Positions 24,565 through 34,740 of a stretch of 64,000 nt of DNA are shown here, piece by piece. This stretch comes from Hemiscyllium ocellatum (taxonomy: Eukaryota): contig NC_083423.1 in NCBI RefSeq assembly GCF_020745735.1, positions 50,902,001 through 50,966,000 of the forward strand, written 5' to 3'. Every line of letters begins with the position of its first letter. The first letter of the stretch is position 1. The position numbers and the translations under genes are program-made. The notes beneath the pieces are model-generated. The model did no database searches and had not been told where the DNA came from. It was given only the letters and a program-made list of their open reading frames with translations.

Positions 24565-24860
24565 AGAATCCTACAGCGTGGGAGCAAGCCATTCAGCCCA
24601 TTGAGTTCACACTGACCCTCTGAAGAGTATCCCACCGAGACCCCCACCCAATCCCCGTAACCCTCCATTTTCCATGGCTAGCCCATCTAGCCTGCAGATC
24701 CCTGCAGACTATTGGCAATTTAGTACGGCCAATCCACCTAACTTGCACAACTTCAGACTATGGGAGGAAACTCTCACTGACAGGAAGAACGTGCAAACTC
24801 TACCCTGACAGCCACCCGAAGGTGGAACTGAACCCCTAGTGCTGTCAGCACCGTGCCATC
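24565..24860 (-). mobile_element. tRNA-derived SINE, diverged
   Basis: Reverse complement of the SINE core (gagtttgcacgttct, ggattggcc..ctaaattgcc). Confidence 0.7.
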
Positions 24861-25278
24861 CCACCTCTTCGTATGATAATGTAGTGGTTGTTTTACATGC
24901 ATTTCATAGGAGTTCACATCTCAGTGACCATTTGAAAATTTAAATTCTGTTTTTAGATTAAAAAGTCATAAAAGCTGTAAAATTGAATACCAGCTGTTTT
25001 ACTATTGTAAAAATCCTAGCTACCCTATTAATTCATTCAGGGTAGGAAATCTGTCATTCCTTTCCCTATCTGGCCTCTGTCTCTTGTCCAACACTCTAAT
25101 CTATTTAACTTTGCGCTGTTCTCCAAAGTGGCCTAGCAATTTAGAATGGGCAGGAGATGCTGAGGATACATTTTCACAAAAACTATGACCCTGTCTTTCC
25201 CCATCATTGTTTATAGCTTTACTAAAGATTGTGGTTCTCTCCCTCATGAAAGGATGGTAACAAAAGGATTATGAGAAC

Positions 25279-26414
25279 ACGGCTACAATAAATGATATTA
25301 GTGGATGTGCAGGTAAAACCCTCCAACGCATCTCGTCCCACAATTTCCCTTCCCACGTGGTTAAAGATGCCCTCCAAGCATCTTGTCCACATCCCGCACC
25401 TCCGCCCTCAGACCACACCCTTCCAACCATAACAAGGGCAGAACGCCCCTGGTGCTCACCTTCGACCCTACCAACTTCGCATAAACCAAATAATCCGCCG
25501 ACATTTCCGCCACCTCCAAAAAGACCCCACCACCAGGGATATATTTCCCTTTCCACCTTCCGCAAAGACCGTTCCCTCCGTGACTACCTGGTCAGGTCCA
25601 TGCTCCCCTACGACCCACCCTCCTATCCTGGCACTTTCCCCTGCCACCACAGGAACTGTAAAACCTGTGCCCATACCTCATCCCTCACTTCTATCCAAGG
25701 CCCTAAAGGAGCCTTCCACTTCCATCAAAGTTTTACCTGCACATCCACTAATATCATTTATTGTATCCGTTGCTCCCGATGCAGTCTCCTCCTCTACAGT
25801 GGGGAGACTGGGCGCCTCCTAGCAGAGCGCTTTAGGGAACATCTCCGAGATACCCGCACCAATCAATCACACCACCCCGTGGCCCAACATTTCAACTCCC
25901 CTTCCCACTCTGCCGAGGACATGGAGGTCCTGGGCCTCCTTCACCGCCGCTCCCTCACCACCAGATGCCTGGAGGAAGAACGCCTCATCTTCTGCCTCGG
26001 AACACTTCAACCCCAGGGCATCAATGTGGACTTCAACAGCTTCCTCATTTCCTTTTTCCCCACCTCATCCTAGTTTCAAACTTCCAGTTCAGCACTCTCC
26101 CCATGACTTGTCCGAACTGCCTATCTTCTTTTCCACCTATCCACTTCGCCCTCTCCTCCCTGACCTATCACCTTCATCTCCTCCATCTCCTCCCCCACTC
26201 ACCCATTGTACTCTATGCTGCTCTCTCCCCTCCCCACCCACCCCCCTCTAGCTTATCTCTCCATGCTTCCAGCTCACTACCTTTATTCCTGATGAAGGGC
26301 TTTTGCCCGAAACATCGATTTCGCTGCTCGTTGGATGCTGCCTGAACTGCTGTGCTCTTCCAGCCCCACTGATCCAGAATCTGGTTTCCAGCATCTGCAG
26401 TCATTGTTTTTACC
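25279..26414 (+). mobile_element. 5'-truncated Penelope-like element (family 2): GIY-YIG endonuclease region plus pLTR
   Basis: ORF 25357-26073 contains PCHHRNCKTC, IIYCIRCSRC..YSGETGR.L.ERFREH and HPVAQHF. Hammerhead core CTGATGA at 26289; tail ends ..gtttttacc. Confidence 0.9.
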
Positions 26415-27009
26415 TTGTACTAACCAGTGGCAGGAATGGTGGTGTCATAAAAACTCCTACTCTGAAGGCCCACGTTAACTAGCTGGTGGTGTGGGTTCAA
26501 ATGGCAGCTGGTGAAATTTAAAAATGAATATATCTGCAATATAAATATAGTAACAGCAATGGTGTCCATGAAATATCATCAATTATTGTAGAGGCCCAGC
26601 TGGTTCATGCGTATTTTAGGGAAGAAAATCTGATGTTACCTCATCTGCTCTACATGTGGCTCCAAACCCACTACAGTAGCCAAGCTACTAGATCATATCA
26701 AGGCCAACAATTTATAATCCCATGAAATCAAATAAGGATTGATTTGTATTTTAATCCTGTTAATCTCCCATTTAAAGCAATAGTCTAAATTATTGCTGGA
26801 AAACAAAATTTAGAAAAACCAAATATAGCTAAATTCACATCAATCTGAGTCAGAAGGGAAAACTGCAAGGACTAATCTCTGATTTCTTTGTTGAAATTAT
26901 GTCTGAAGTGGACTGTGGTAAACCTTCACCAGTTTTTCCAGACCTCTAGCAGGCATTTGACAAACTGACAGAAAAAGTTATTGTTTAAACTCAAAAAAAA
27001 TTCTACTCT

Positions 27010-27530
27010 CCTTCCTATTGGAAAGATGTTGTGAAACGTGAAAGAGTTCAGAAAAGACTGGCAAGGATGTTGTCAGGGTTAAAGGATTTGAGCTATCAGG
27101 AGATGTTGAATAGGCTAGGACTGTTTTCCCTGGAGCGTCAGAGGCTGAGGGGTGACCTTATAGAGGTTTATAAGATCATGAGGGGCATTGATAGGATAAA
27201 TAGACAAAGTCTTTTTCCCTGGAGTGGGTAAGTATAGTATAAGAGGGCATAGGTTTAGGGTGAGAGGGGAAAGATGTAAAAGAGACCTAAGGGGCAACTT
27301 TTTCATGCAGAGCATGGTACATGTATGGCCAGAGGATGTGGTGGAGGCTGGTACAATTGCAGCATTTAAAAGGCATCTGGGTGGGTATATTAATAGGAAG
27401 AGTTTGGAGAGATATGGGCCAGGTGCTGACAGGTGGAACTAGCTTAGGTTGGGATATCTGGTCGGCATGGACGGGTTGAACTTGAAGGGTCTGTTTCCAT
27501 GCTGGATGTTTCTATGACTCTGTGACTCTA
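27010..27530 (+). mobile_element. CR1 LINE 3' end
   Basis: ERVQKRL.RML.GL..LSY.E.LNRLGLFSLE..RLRGDLIEVYKIM; tail tctatgactctgtgactcta. Confidence 0.85.
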
Positions 27531-28021
27531 CATAATGGGACCTGGGTCTTCTCATGGGCTGATCATTGAAAGCAGGCAGAGGTGCAGCAAACAGTTAGCA
27601 AGACAAATAGTGTGTTGGCCTTCATTGCAGAATAGTCTTACCATATCTGTACAGGGCCTTGTTTTTTTTAGTACCAAGTTTGGTCTTCTACCAAAGAGGG
27701 AAGAAAGCATGGCATTAAAGAACTCCAGTAAAGGTTTCCCAGAATGATCCCTGTGATGGTGTATGAGAAGGGATTGGATTGACTGGGTCTGGATTTACTG
27801 GCACTTAGAAGAATGAGTGGACCTCATTGAAACATATGGCTGAACATATTGAGGTAGTAATAAGGTTTCCTCTGCCCAGGGGTTCCAATCGCTTATGGTT
27901 TCAGGATTCTTTGTATGTCATTTCTGATTGAGATGGGGAGAAATGTCTTCAGAGTGGTGAATGTGTGAAATTTTCTATCCAAGGCCAAGTCACTGGATAT
28001 ATTTAAGAAAGAAATAAGCTT

Positions 28022-28726
28022 TGTTTTAAAGATGTGGGCGTACTGTACCTTTAAGAGAGTTAAAAGCTAGCAGTGACAGCACCAGGTGTTCTCATTAAGA
28101 TACAATGTAATATGTACTCCAGCTATTTGGGTAGTTAGTTGCCTGGAAACAACAAAATAGATTTGAATTAAGCCAATCAGTTTAAATTACACCCCAAAAA
28201 ATGTCAAACTCCAGTCCAGTTTGAATTTAGTATACTGACAATCTTAAAAGCCATTGACACAATTCGATGCTTTGGGAGGTATAAGACTGAGGAAAATTGA
28301 ACAGTTGGGAGGAGAACTGCCAAGCTACCAGCATGTAAGGACTGCCTGAAAAGTAGCTCTCAGAAAGGTACCTTTATTGATCAGTAATCTCTGAAGCAGA
28401 ATCCCTAAGTAGAAGAAAAGAAGACAGGAATACCGAGAAAACTAAAAGCTGCCTGGTTTTAAGATAAAAAGTTTTGTCTCGTGAATCTTAATTGGGTGTT
28501 TCATTGGACTAGTATTATACAGGGGAAAATAAAACATAGGTTAGAGGAAGGAGTTGTAAATGGTTGTTAGTTAGTTATTCTCTGTTATACTTAAAGAAAT
28601 AAAGTTGTTAATTTTTACTTTAAATAGTTCTTGAACTTTTGAATTTTCACAGATTACTGCATAGGATAAATCTTTTCTGTGTTGCTGGTTTTAAATAAGC
28701 AGGAGGGTTTACTGTACATTGTAACA
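28022..28726 (+). mobile_element. Solo LTR (~705 bp) inserted in a decayed CR1 fragment
   Basis: TG...CA termini (TGTTTTAAAG..TGTAACA), near-match 4-bp flanks GCTT/GTTT, TATAA near 28280, AATAAA at 28598. Related copy at 1675-2215. CR1 sequence continues on both sides. Confidence 0.7.
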
Positions 28727-28896
28727 GTTTCTAGGGGCTAAAGGTGGCAAAGGAAATGGGGACAGAGAAGGAGTATGATGTTGAGATAGCGAATCAGCCA
28801 TGATCATGTTGAAATATGAAATGGGCTCGATGGGCTGAATGCAAATGTGTTGCTGGTCAAAGCACAGCAGGTTAGGCAGCATCTCAGGAATAGAGA

Positions 28897-28932
28897 ATTC
28901 GACGTTTCGAGCATAAGCCCTTCATCAGGAAC
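28897..28932 (-). ncRNA. Minimal hammerhead ribozyme motif (inverted pLTR copy)
   Basis: Exact reverse complement of 31290-31325. Confidence 0.75.
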
Positions 28933-29026
28933 AAGAGAGAGAGAGCCAAGCCGGCTGAGATAAAAGGTAGGGAGGAGGGACTAGGGGGAGGGGCGATGGA
29001 GGTGGGATAGGTGGAAGGAGGTCAAG

Positions 29027-31156
29027 GTGAGGGTGATAGGCCGGAGTGGGGTGGGGGCGGAGAGGTCAGGAAGAGGATTGGACTCCTCCACCGGCAAGCC
29101 GCCCGAACCAACCAACCCAATCACCCCGTGGCTCAACACTTTAACTCCCCCTCCCACTCCACCGAGGACATGCAGGTCCTTGGACTCCTCCACCGGCAAG
29201 TCCACCCCTCTCACCCACTCCAACCTCTCACCCTCAGAACGTGCAGCCCTCCACTCCCTCCGCTCCAATCCCAACCTCACCATCAAACCCGCAGACAAGG
29301 GAGGCGCGGTGGTAGTTTGGCGCACTGACCTGTACACCGCTGAAGCCAAACGCCAGCTCGCGGACGCCTCCTCTTATCGCCCCCTTGACCACGACCCCAC
29401 CTCCCACCACCAAACCATCATCTCACAGACCATCCAGGACCTCATCACCTCAGGGGATCTCCCATCCACCGCCTCCAACCTCATAGTCCCACAACCCCGC
29501 ACCGCCCGTTTCTACCTCCTGCCCAAAATCCACAAACCTGCCTGCCCCGGCCGACCCATTGTCTCAGCCTGCTCCTGCCCCACCGAACTCATCTCCCAAT
29601 ACCTCGACACGGTCCTGTCCCCTTTAGTCCAAGAACTCCCCACCTACGTTCGGGACACCACCCACGCCCTCCACCTCCTCCAGGATTTTCGCTTCCCCGG
29701 TCCCCAACGCCTTATTTTCACTATGGACATCCAGTCCCTGTACACCTCCATCCCCCATCACGAAGGACTCAAAGCCCTCCGCTTCTTCCTTTCCCGCCGC
29801 ACTAACCAGTACCCTTCCACTGACACCCTCCTTCGACTGACTGAACTGGTCCTCACCCTGAATAACTTCTCTTTTCAATCCTCCCACTTCCTCCAAACTA
29901 AAGGAGTTGCCATGGGCACCCGCATGGGCCCCAGCTATGCCTGCCTCTTTGTAGGATATGTGGAACAGTCCATCTTCCGCAACTACACTGGCACCACCCC
30001 CCACCTTTTCCTCCGCTACATCGATGACTGTATCGGCGCTGCCTCGTGCTCCCACGAGGAGGTTGAACAGTTCATCAACTTTACTAACACCTTCCATCCC
30101 GACCTGAAATTCACCTGGACTGTCTCAGACTCCTCCCTCCCCTTCCTAGACCTTTCCATTTCTATCTCGGGCGACCGACTCAACACAGACATCTATTATA
30201 AACCGACTGACTCCCACAGCTACCTGGACTACACCTCCTCCCACCCTGCCCCCTGTAAAAACGCCATCCCATATTCCCAATTCCTTCGTCTCCGCCGCAT
30301 CTGCTCCCAGGAGGACCAATTCCAACACCGCACAACCCAGATGGCCTCCTTCTTCAAGGACCGCAGATTCCCCCCAGACGTGATCGACGATGCCCTCCAC
30401 CGCATCTCCTCCACTTCCCGCTCCTCCGCCCTTGAGCCCCGCTCCTCCAACCGCCACCAAGACAGAACCCCACTGGTTCTCACCTACCACCCCACCAACC
30501 TGCGCATACAACGTATTATCCGCCGCCATTTCCGCCACCTCCAAACGGACCCCACCACCAAGGATATATTTCCCTCCCCTCCCCTATCAGCGTTCCGCAA
30601 GGACCACTCCCTTCGTGACTCCCTTGTCAGATCCACACCCCCCACCAACCCAACCTCCACCCCCGGCACCTTCCCCTGCAACCGCAGGAAATGTAAAACT
30701 TGCGCCCACACCTCCACACTCACTTCCCTCCAAGGCCCCAAGGGATCCTTCCATATCCGCCACAAGTTCACCTGTACCTCCACACACATCATCTATTGCA
30801 TCCGCTGCACCCGATGTGGCCTCCTCTATATTGGTGAGACAGGCCGCTTACTTGCGGAACGCTTCAGAGAACACCTCTGGGCCGCCCGAACCAACCAACC
30901 CAATCACCCCGTGGCTCAACACTTTAACTCCCCCTCCCACTCCACCGAGGACATGCAGGTCCTTGGACTCCTCCACCGGCAGAACACAACTACACGACGG
31001 CTGGAGGAGGAGCGCCTCATCTTCCGCCTGGGAACCCTCCAACCACAAGGTATGAATTCAGATTTCTCCAGCTTCCTCATTTCCCCTCCCCCCACCTTGT
31101 CTCAGTCGGTTCCCTCAACTCAGCACCGCCCTCCTAACCTGCAATCCTCTTCCTGA
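29027..31156 (+). CDS. PLE reverse transcriptase + GIY-YIG endonuclease; genuine PLE coding sequence starts ~29201 and the N-terminus is missing
   Basis: Motifs IKPADKGG, FYLLPKIHK..GRPIVS, TMDIQSLYTSIP, GVAMGTRMGP, LRYIDD, LPFLDL, YYKPT, Cys linker PCNRRKCKTC, and IIYCIRC..C..LYIGETGR..ERFREH. No stop codons. The first ~58 codons come from the inverted pLTR and rearranged sequence and begin at GTG. Confidence 0.9.
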   Translation: MRVIGRSGVGAERSGRGLDSSTGKPPEPTNPITPWLNTLTPPPTPPRTCRSLDSSTGKSTPLTHSNLSPSERAALHSLRSNPNLTIKPADKGGAVVVWRTDLYTAEAKRQLADASSYRPLDHDPTSHHQTIISQTIQDLITSGDLPSTASNLIVPQPRTARFYLLPKIHKPACPGRPIVSACSCPTELISQYLDTVLSPLVQELPTYVRDTTHALHLLQDFRFPGPQRLIFTMDIQSLYTSIPHHEGLKALRFFLSRRTNQYPSTDTLLRLTELVLTLNNFSFQSSHFLQTKGVAMGTRMGPSYACLFVGYVEQSIFRNYTGTTPHLFLRYIDDCIGAASCSHEEVEQFINFTNTFHPDLKFTWTVSDSSLPFLDLSISISGDRLNTDIYYKPTDSHSYLDYTSSHPAPCKNAIPYSQFLRLRRICSQEDQFQHRTTQMASFFKDRRFPPDVIDDALHRISSTSRSSALEPRSSNRHQDRTPLVLTYHPTNLRIQRIIRRHFRHLQTDPTTKDIFPSPPLSAFRKDHSLRDSLVRSTPPTNPTSTPGTFPCNRRKCKTCAHTSTLTSLQGPKGSFHIRHKFTCTSTHIIYCIRCTRCGLLYIGETGRLLAERFREHLWAARTNQPNHPVAQHFNSPSHSTEDMQVLGLLHRQNTTTRRLEEERLIFRLGTLQPQGMNSDFSSFLISPPPTLSQSVPSTQHRPPNLQSSS

Positions 31157-31289
31157 CCTCTCCGCCCCCACCCCACTCCGGCCTATCACCCTCACCTTGA
31201 CCTCCTTCCACCTATCCCACCTCCATCGCCCCTCCCCCTAGTCCCTCCTCCCTACCTTTTATCTCAGCCGGCTTGGCTCTCTCTCTCTT

Positions 31290-31325
31290 GTTCCTGATGA
31301 AGGGCTTATGCTCGAAACGTCGAAT
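31290..31325 (+). ncRNA. Minimal type I hammerhead ribozyme motif in PLE pLTR
   Basis: GUUC-CUGAUGA-A-GGGC(UUAU)GCUC-GAAA-C-GUC^GAAU: intact core, 4-bp helix II, 4-bp helix I, helix III reduced to the palindrome ACGU, as established for PLE minimal hammerheads. Confidence 0.82.
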
Positions 31326-31560
31326 TCTCTATTCCTGAGATGCTGCCTAACCTGCTGTGCTTTGACCAGCAACACATTTGCAGCTGTGATCTCCAGCATC
31401 TGCAGACCTCATTTTTTACTCGATGGGCTGAATGGCCTAATTATAGTCATAAAGATATACAGCACAGAAAAAGACCCTTCGGTCCAACTCAGCCATGCCA
31501 ACCAGATATCCTAACTTAATCTCATCCCATTTGCCAGCACTTGGCCCATATCCCTCTAAC

Positions 31561-32547
31561 TCAAGATTACAGTGGTGCTGGAAAAGCACAGCAGATCTGG
31601 CAGCACCCAAGGAGCAGGAAAATCAACATTTTGGGCAAAAGCCCTTCATCAGGAATGAGACTGGGAGCCTTAGGGGTAGAGAGATAAATGGAAGGGTGTG
31701 GAGCTGGGGAGATGCGAGCTGACAGTGCAATAGATGGACGGAGGTGTGGGTGAAGGTGATAGGTCAGAGGGTGGAGTGGATAGGTGGAAAAGAAGATTGG
31801 CAGGCAGGACAGGTCATGAGGACTACCAAACCAGCGCCCACACCTCCCTCCTCACCTCTGTCTAAGGCCCCAAAGGAGCCTTCCATATCCATCAAAGTTT
31901 CACCTGCACTTCCAAACATGTAATTTATGTATCCATTGCTCCCGATGCAGTCTCCTCTACATTGGGGAGACGGGATACTTCTCGCTGACTAGGTCAGAGA
32001 ACATCTCCAGGATATCTACACCAATCAACATCACCGAATATTTCAACTCCCCCTCCCACTCTGCCAAGGGCATGCAGGTCCTGGGCCTCCTCCACTGCCA
32101 CTTCATCACCACCCGATGCCTGGAGGAAAAATGCCTCATCTTCCGCCTCAGGACCCTTCAACCTCAGGGCATCAATGTGGACTTCACCAATTTCCTCATT
32201 TACCCTCCCCCCACCTTATCCCAGTTCTAACCTGCAGCTCAGCATCGTCCTCATGACCTGTCCCACCTGTCAATCTTCCTTCCCACCTATCTGCTCCACC
32301 CTTCTCCCTGACCTATCACCTTCACCCCACCTCCATCCACTTCTTGCATCTCAGCTACCTTCCCTCCAGGCCCACCCCCCTCCCATTTATCTCTCCACCC
32401 CTGAGGCTTCCAGCCTCACTCCTGATGAAGGGCTTTTGCCCGAAACATCAATTTTCCTGCTCCTCTGATACTGCCTGACCTGCTGTGCTTTTCCAGCACC
32501 ACTCAAATCTTGACTTTAATCTCCAGCATCTGCAGTACCCACTTCTG
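31561..32547 (+). mobile_element. Truncated PLE (family 2-like) with inverted pLTRs, nested in a CR1 tail
   Basis: Inverted arm 31561-~31823, decayed GIY-YIG fragment, then 3' pLTR with CTGATGA at 32422 and tail 32514-32547. Duplicated target ccatatcc(ct/tc)ctaa at 31546-31559/32548-32561. Host CR1 tail spans 31445-32645. Confidence 0.87.
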
Positions 32548-33189
32548 CCATATCCTCCTAAACCCTTCCTATTCATATACCCATCCAGATACCTTTTAAA
32601 TGCTGCAATTGTACCAGCCTCCACCACTTCCTCTGGCAGCTCATTTCACCTCACTATTGTAGATTTACAGCAAGGCTACACTTAAAATCTATTCACTTAC
32701 CTGTCTCTGTGCTGTGATCTCTCTCACACAGGTTCTCCAAGATCAGTTGTGAATTTCACTGTTTGTTAAGTTTTCCTAGATGCACTCCAATATCCAGTGA
32801 TACATGAATTCAGCAGCAAAGGCAGTAACTGCACAAGTTCACTGCTGTGTCAATTAGTAGTATAGGTTTCTTTCTCTCTCTCTCTCTCCTGCACTAACCA
32901 TATGCTGCCTATTGTCTGTCCTTCTCCCTTTTAAAAGTGCCTTTGTTTTGACTTTTTTCTCCAAAGTTCCAAAACAATGCAACAGCATATAAATGAGCAA
33001 TTGCTGCCCCTGGAATTCCAGAAAATCATCTCCAACACCTAAAATACCTCAAAAAAGAAGCAACTCTTAAAGCCAGAATTTTTTTCCCATCCTCCATCTT
33101 GAATTGCCTTCTACTCCTAATTCCAACATTCCTAAGTAACCAAAAGTATTGTTATTTACTTTAAAGCTTAGGTATGGACAAAAAATTAG

Positions 33190-33500
33190 GGCGGCACAGT
33201 GGCTCAGTGGTTAGCACTGCTGCCTCACAGCCCCAGGTTCGATTCCAGCCTCGGGCGACTGTCTGTGTGGAGTTTGCGCGTTCTCCCTGTGTCTGCGTGG
33301 GTTTCCTCCGGGTGCTCCGGTTTCCTCCCACAGTCCAAAGCTGTGCAGGTCAGGGTGAATTGGCCATGCTAAGTTGCCCATAGTGTTAGGTCCATTAGTC
33401 AGAGGGAAATGGGTCTGGGTAGGTTACTCTTCGAAGGGTCAGTGTGGACTGATTGGGCCAAAGGGCCTGTTTCCAAACTGTAGGGAATCTAACCTAATCT
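33190..33500 (+). mobile_element. tRNA-derived SINE (HE1/V-SINE-like)
   Basis: A box tggctcagtgg, B box ggttcgattcc, core, tail aatctaacctaatcta. Confidence 0.87.
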
Positions 33501-34611
33501 AAATAATAGACATATATATATTTTTTCCATGTTGGGATGAGAAGATGTAATACTGAGCGAGGTTCCTCCATGGATTGGTGTTGAGACTACTGCTGTTTCT
33601 AATTTATGCCTGAGGCATGGTCTCAGAAGTCCATTAGAAGTTGTTCAAAATTGTGATGGAATTAATTAGAGTTTGTAGGGGTGGGGACTGGGAAAAAGGA
33701 GACACCTCAAAATATGTTAGACAAAACGTGTAAGTGGGAAGGCAAATAAAATGAAGTGCAGAAATGTGCACATTGGAAAGAAAATTTTCAGAACAGCTAT
33801 ACTCAAATGGTATTGAAGTAACAAGGAAATGTTGAAAGGCATCCAAGAATTTTAGACTTGATGCTCAATGTCCCCAGCCAATGTACAATAACAGTCAACA
33901 GAATTAATGGAACTCTTGTATCATCTATAATTATCTTGTGTTAATCCTTGTAGTCTGTGGAATTACTAGTGGGTTAGACTGAGCAGAATAACATGAATGT
34001 GAGATGGTAACATATGAAAGATGATGAATCAAGATGGAAATTGTGATGGTAATTTCCATTCATTGAAACATGGAATGGTCAATGCTAACTTGGCTCAAGA
34101 GAAGTGAGATTCTCTGTGAATTAAGAGTTTTGCATTGATGGTGCTGCAGTGAGTGAACTATGTTATTCACAATAAAACTTTATATTTGGGATATTTTAAA
34201 TTATTTTGTCTTTTGGCACATTACTGACAGTTCCCTTATCTATGTTTTTAAAAAAAGGTCAAAGCAGTTCTGCTGTAGGGAAAAGTTCCATTTATCCTAA
34301 TAGCAGTTGACATTTTTGATTTCTGAACATTGCAAATACCTCCCTGCTTCCTCAGAATGTGCAATTATAGCCACAATAAAAAAAAGTTATTTGTTTCTCT
34401 TCATCAATGGATGTCTTAACCTGTCCTTGTATCTTAGTGGACCAGCATAGTCCTGCATTCAGTAAAGTTCAATTTGCCCTTTATATAAAGATTATTATTT
34501 TAAATTCAAAATTTGCCTGGGAATTTGAGTATGATATTGCAAAGAGTTGGTCCTGGCTGACAATATGACCAACTCAATTGTGCTCTGTGGTAAAGGGGTG
34601 GTGATCAACTT

Positions 34612-34740
34612 GGAGAAAGTGAGGACTGCAGATGCTGGAGACCAGAGTTGAAAAATGTGGTGCTGGAAAAACACAGCAGGCCAGGCAGCATCCGAGGAGC
34701 AGGAGAATCGACGTTTCGGGCATAAGCCCTTCTTCAGGGA
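34612..34740 (-). mobile_element. Solo PLE 3' end with hammerhead motif (CUGAAGA variant)
   Basis: Minus strand reads CTGAAGA-A-GGGC(TTAT)GCCC-GAAACGTC (34737-34710) followed by the usual pLTR end and tail. Degenerate direct repeat at 34594-34611/34741-34757. Confidence 0.8.

Larger units (their letters stand above)
28840..31418 (+). mobile_element. Young Penelope-like retroelement (Neptune-like, family 1) with inverted pseudo-LTRs, 5'-truncated
   Basis: 241-bp inverted repeats 28840-29080/31142-31382 with no mismatch seen; 36-nt tail; target duplication CTCGATGGGCTGAATG (28826-28841/31419-31434); open RT-EN frame. Confidence 0.96.

Noticed and set aside
29027-29200. N-terminus of the 709-aa ORF as a real protein start
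   Set aside because: Begins at GTG within the inverted pLTR and runs through duplicated fragments; it is a chance open frame fused to a 5'-truncated ORF.
29624-31055. Several overlapping and antisense ORFs within the PLE
   Set aside because: By-products of the C-rich, stop-poor composition; no recognisable domains.
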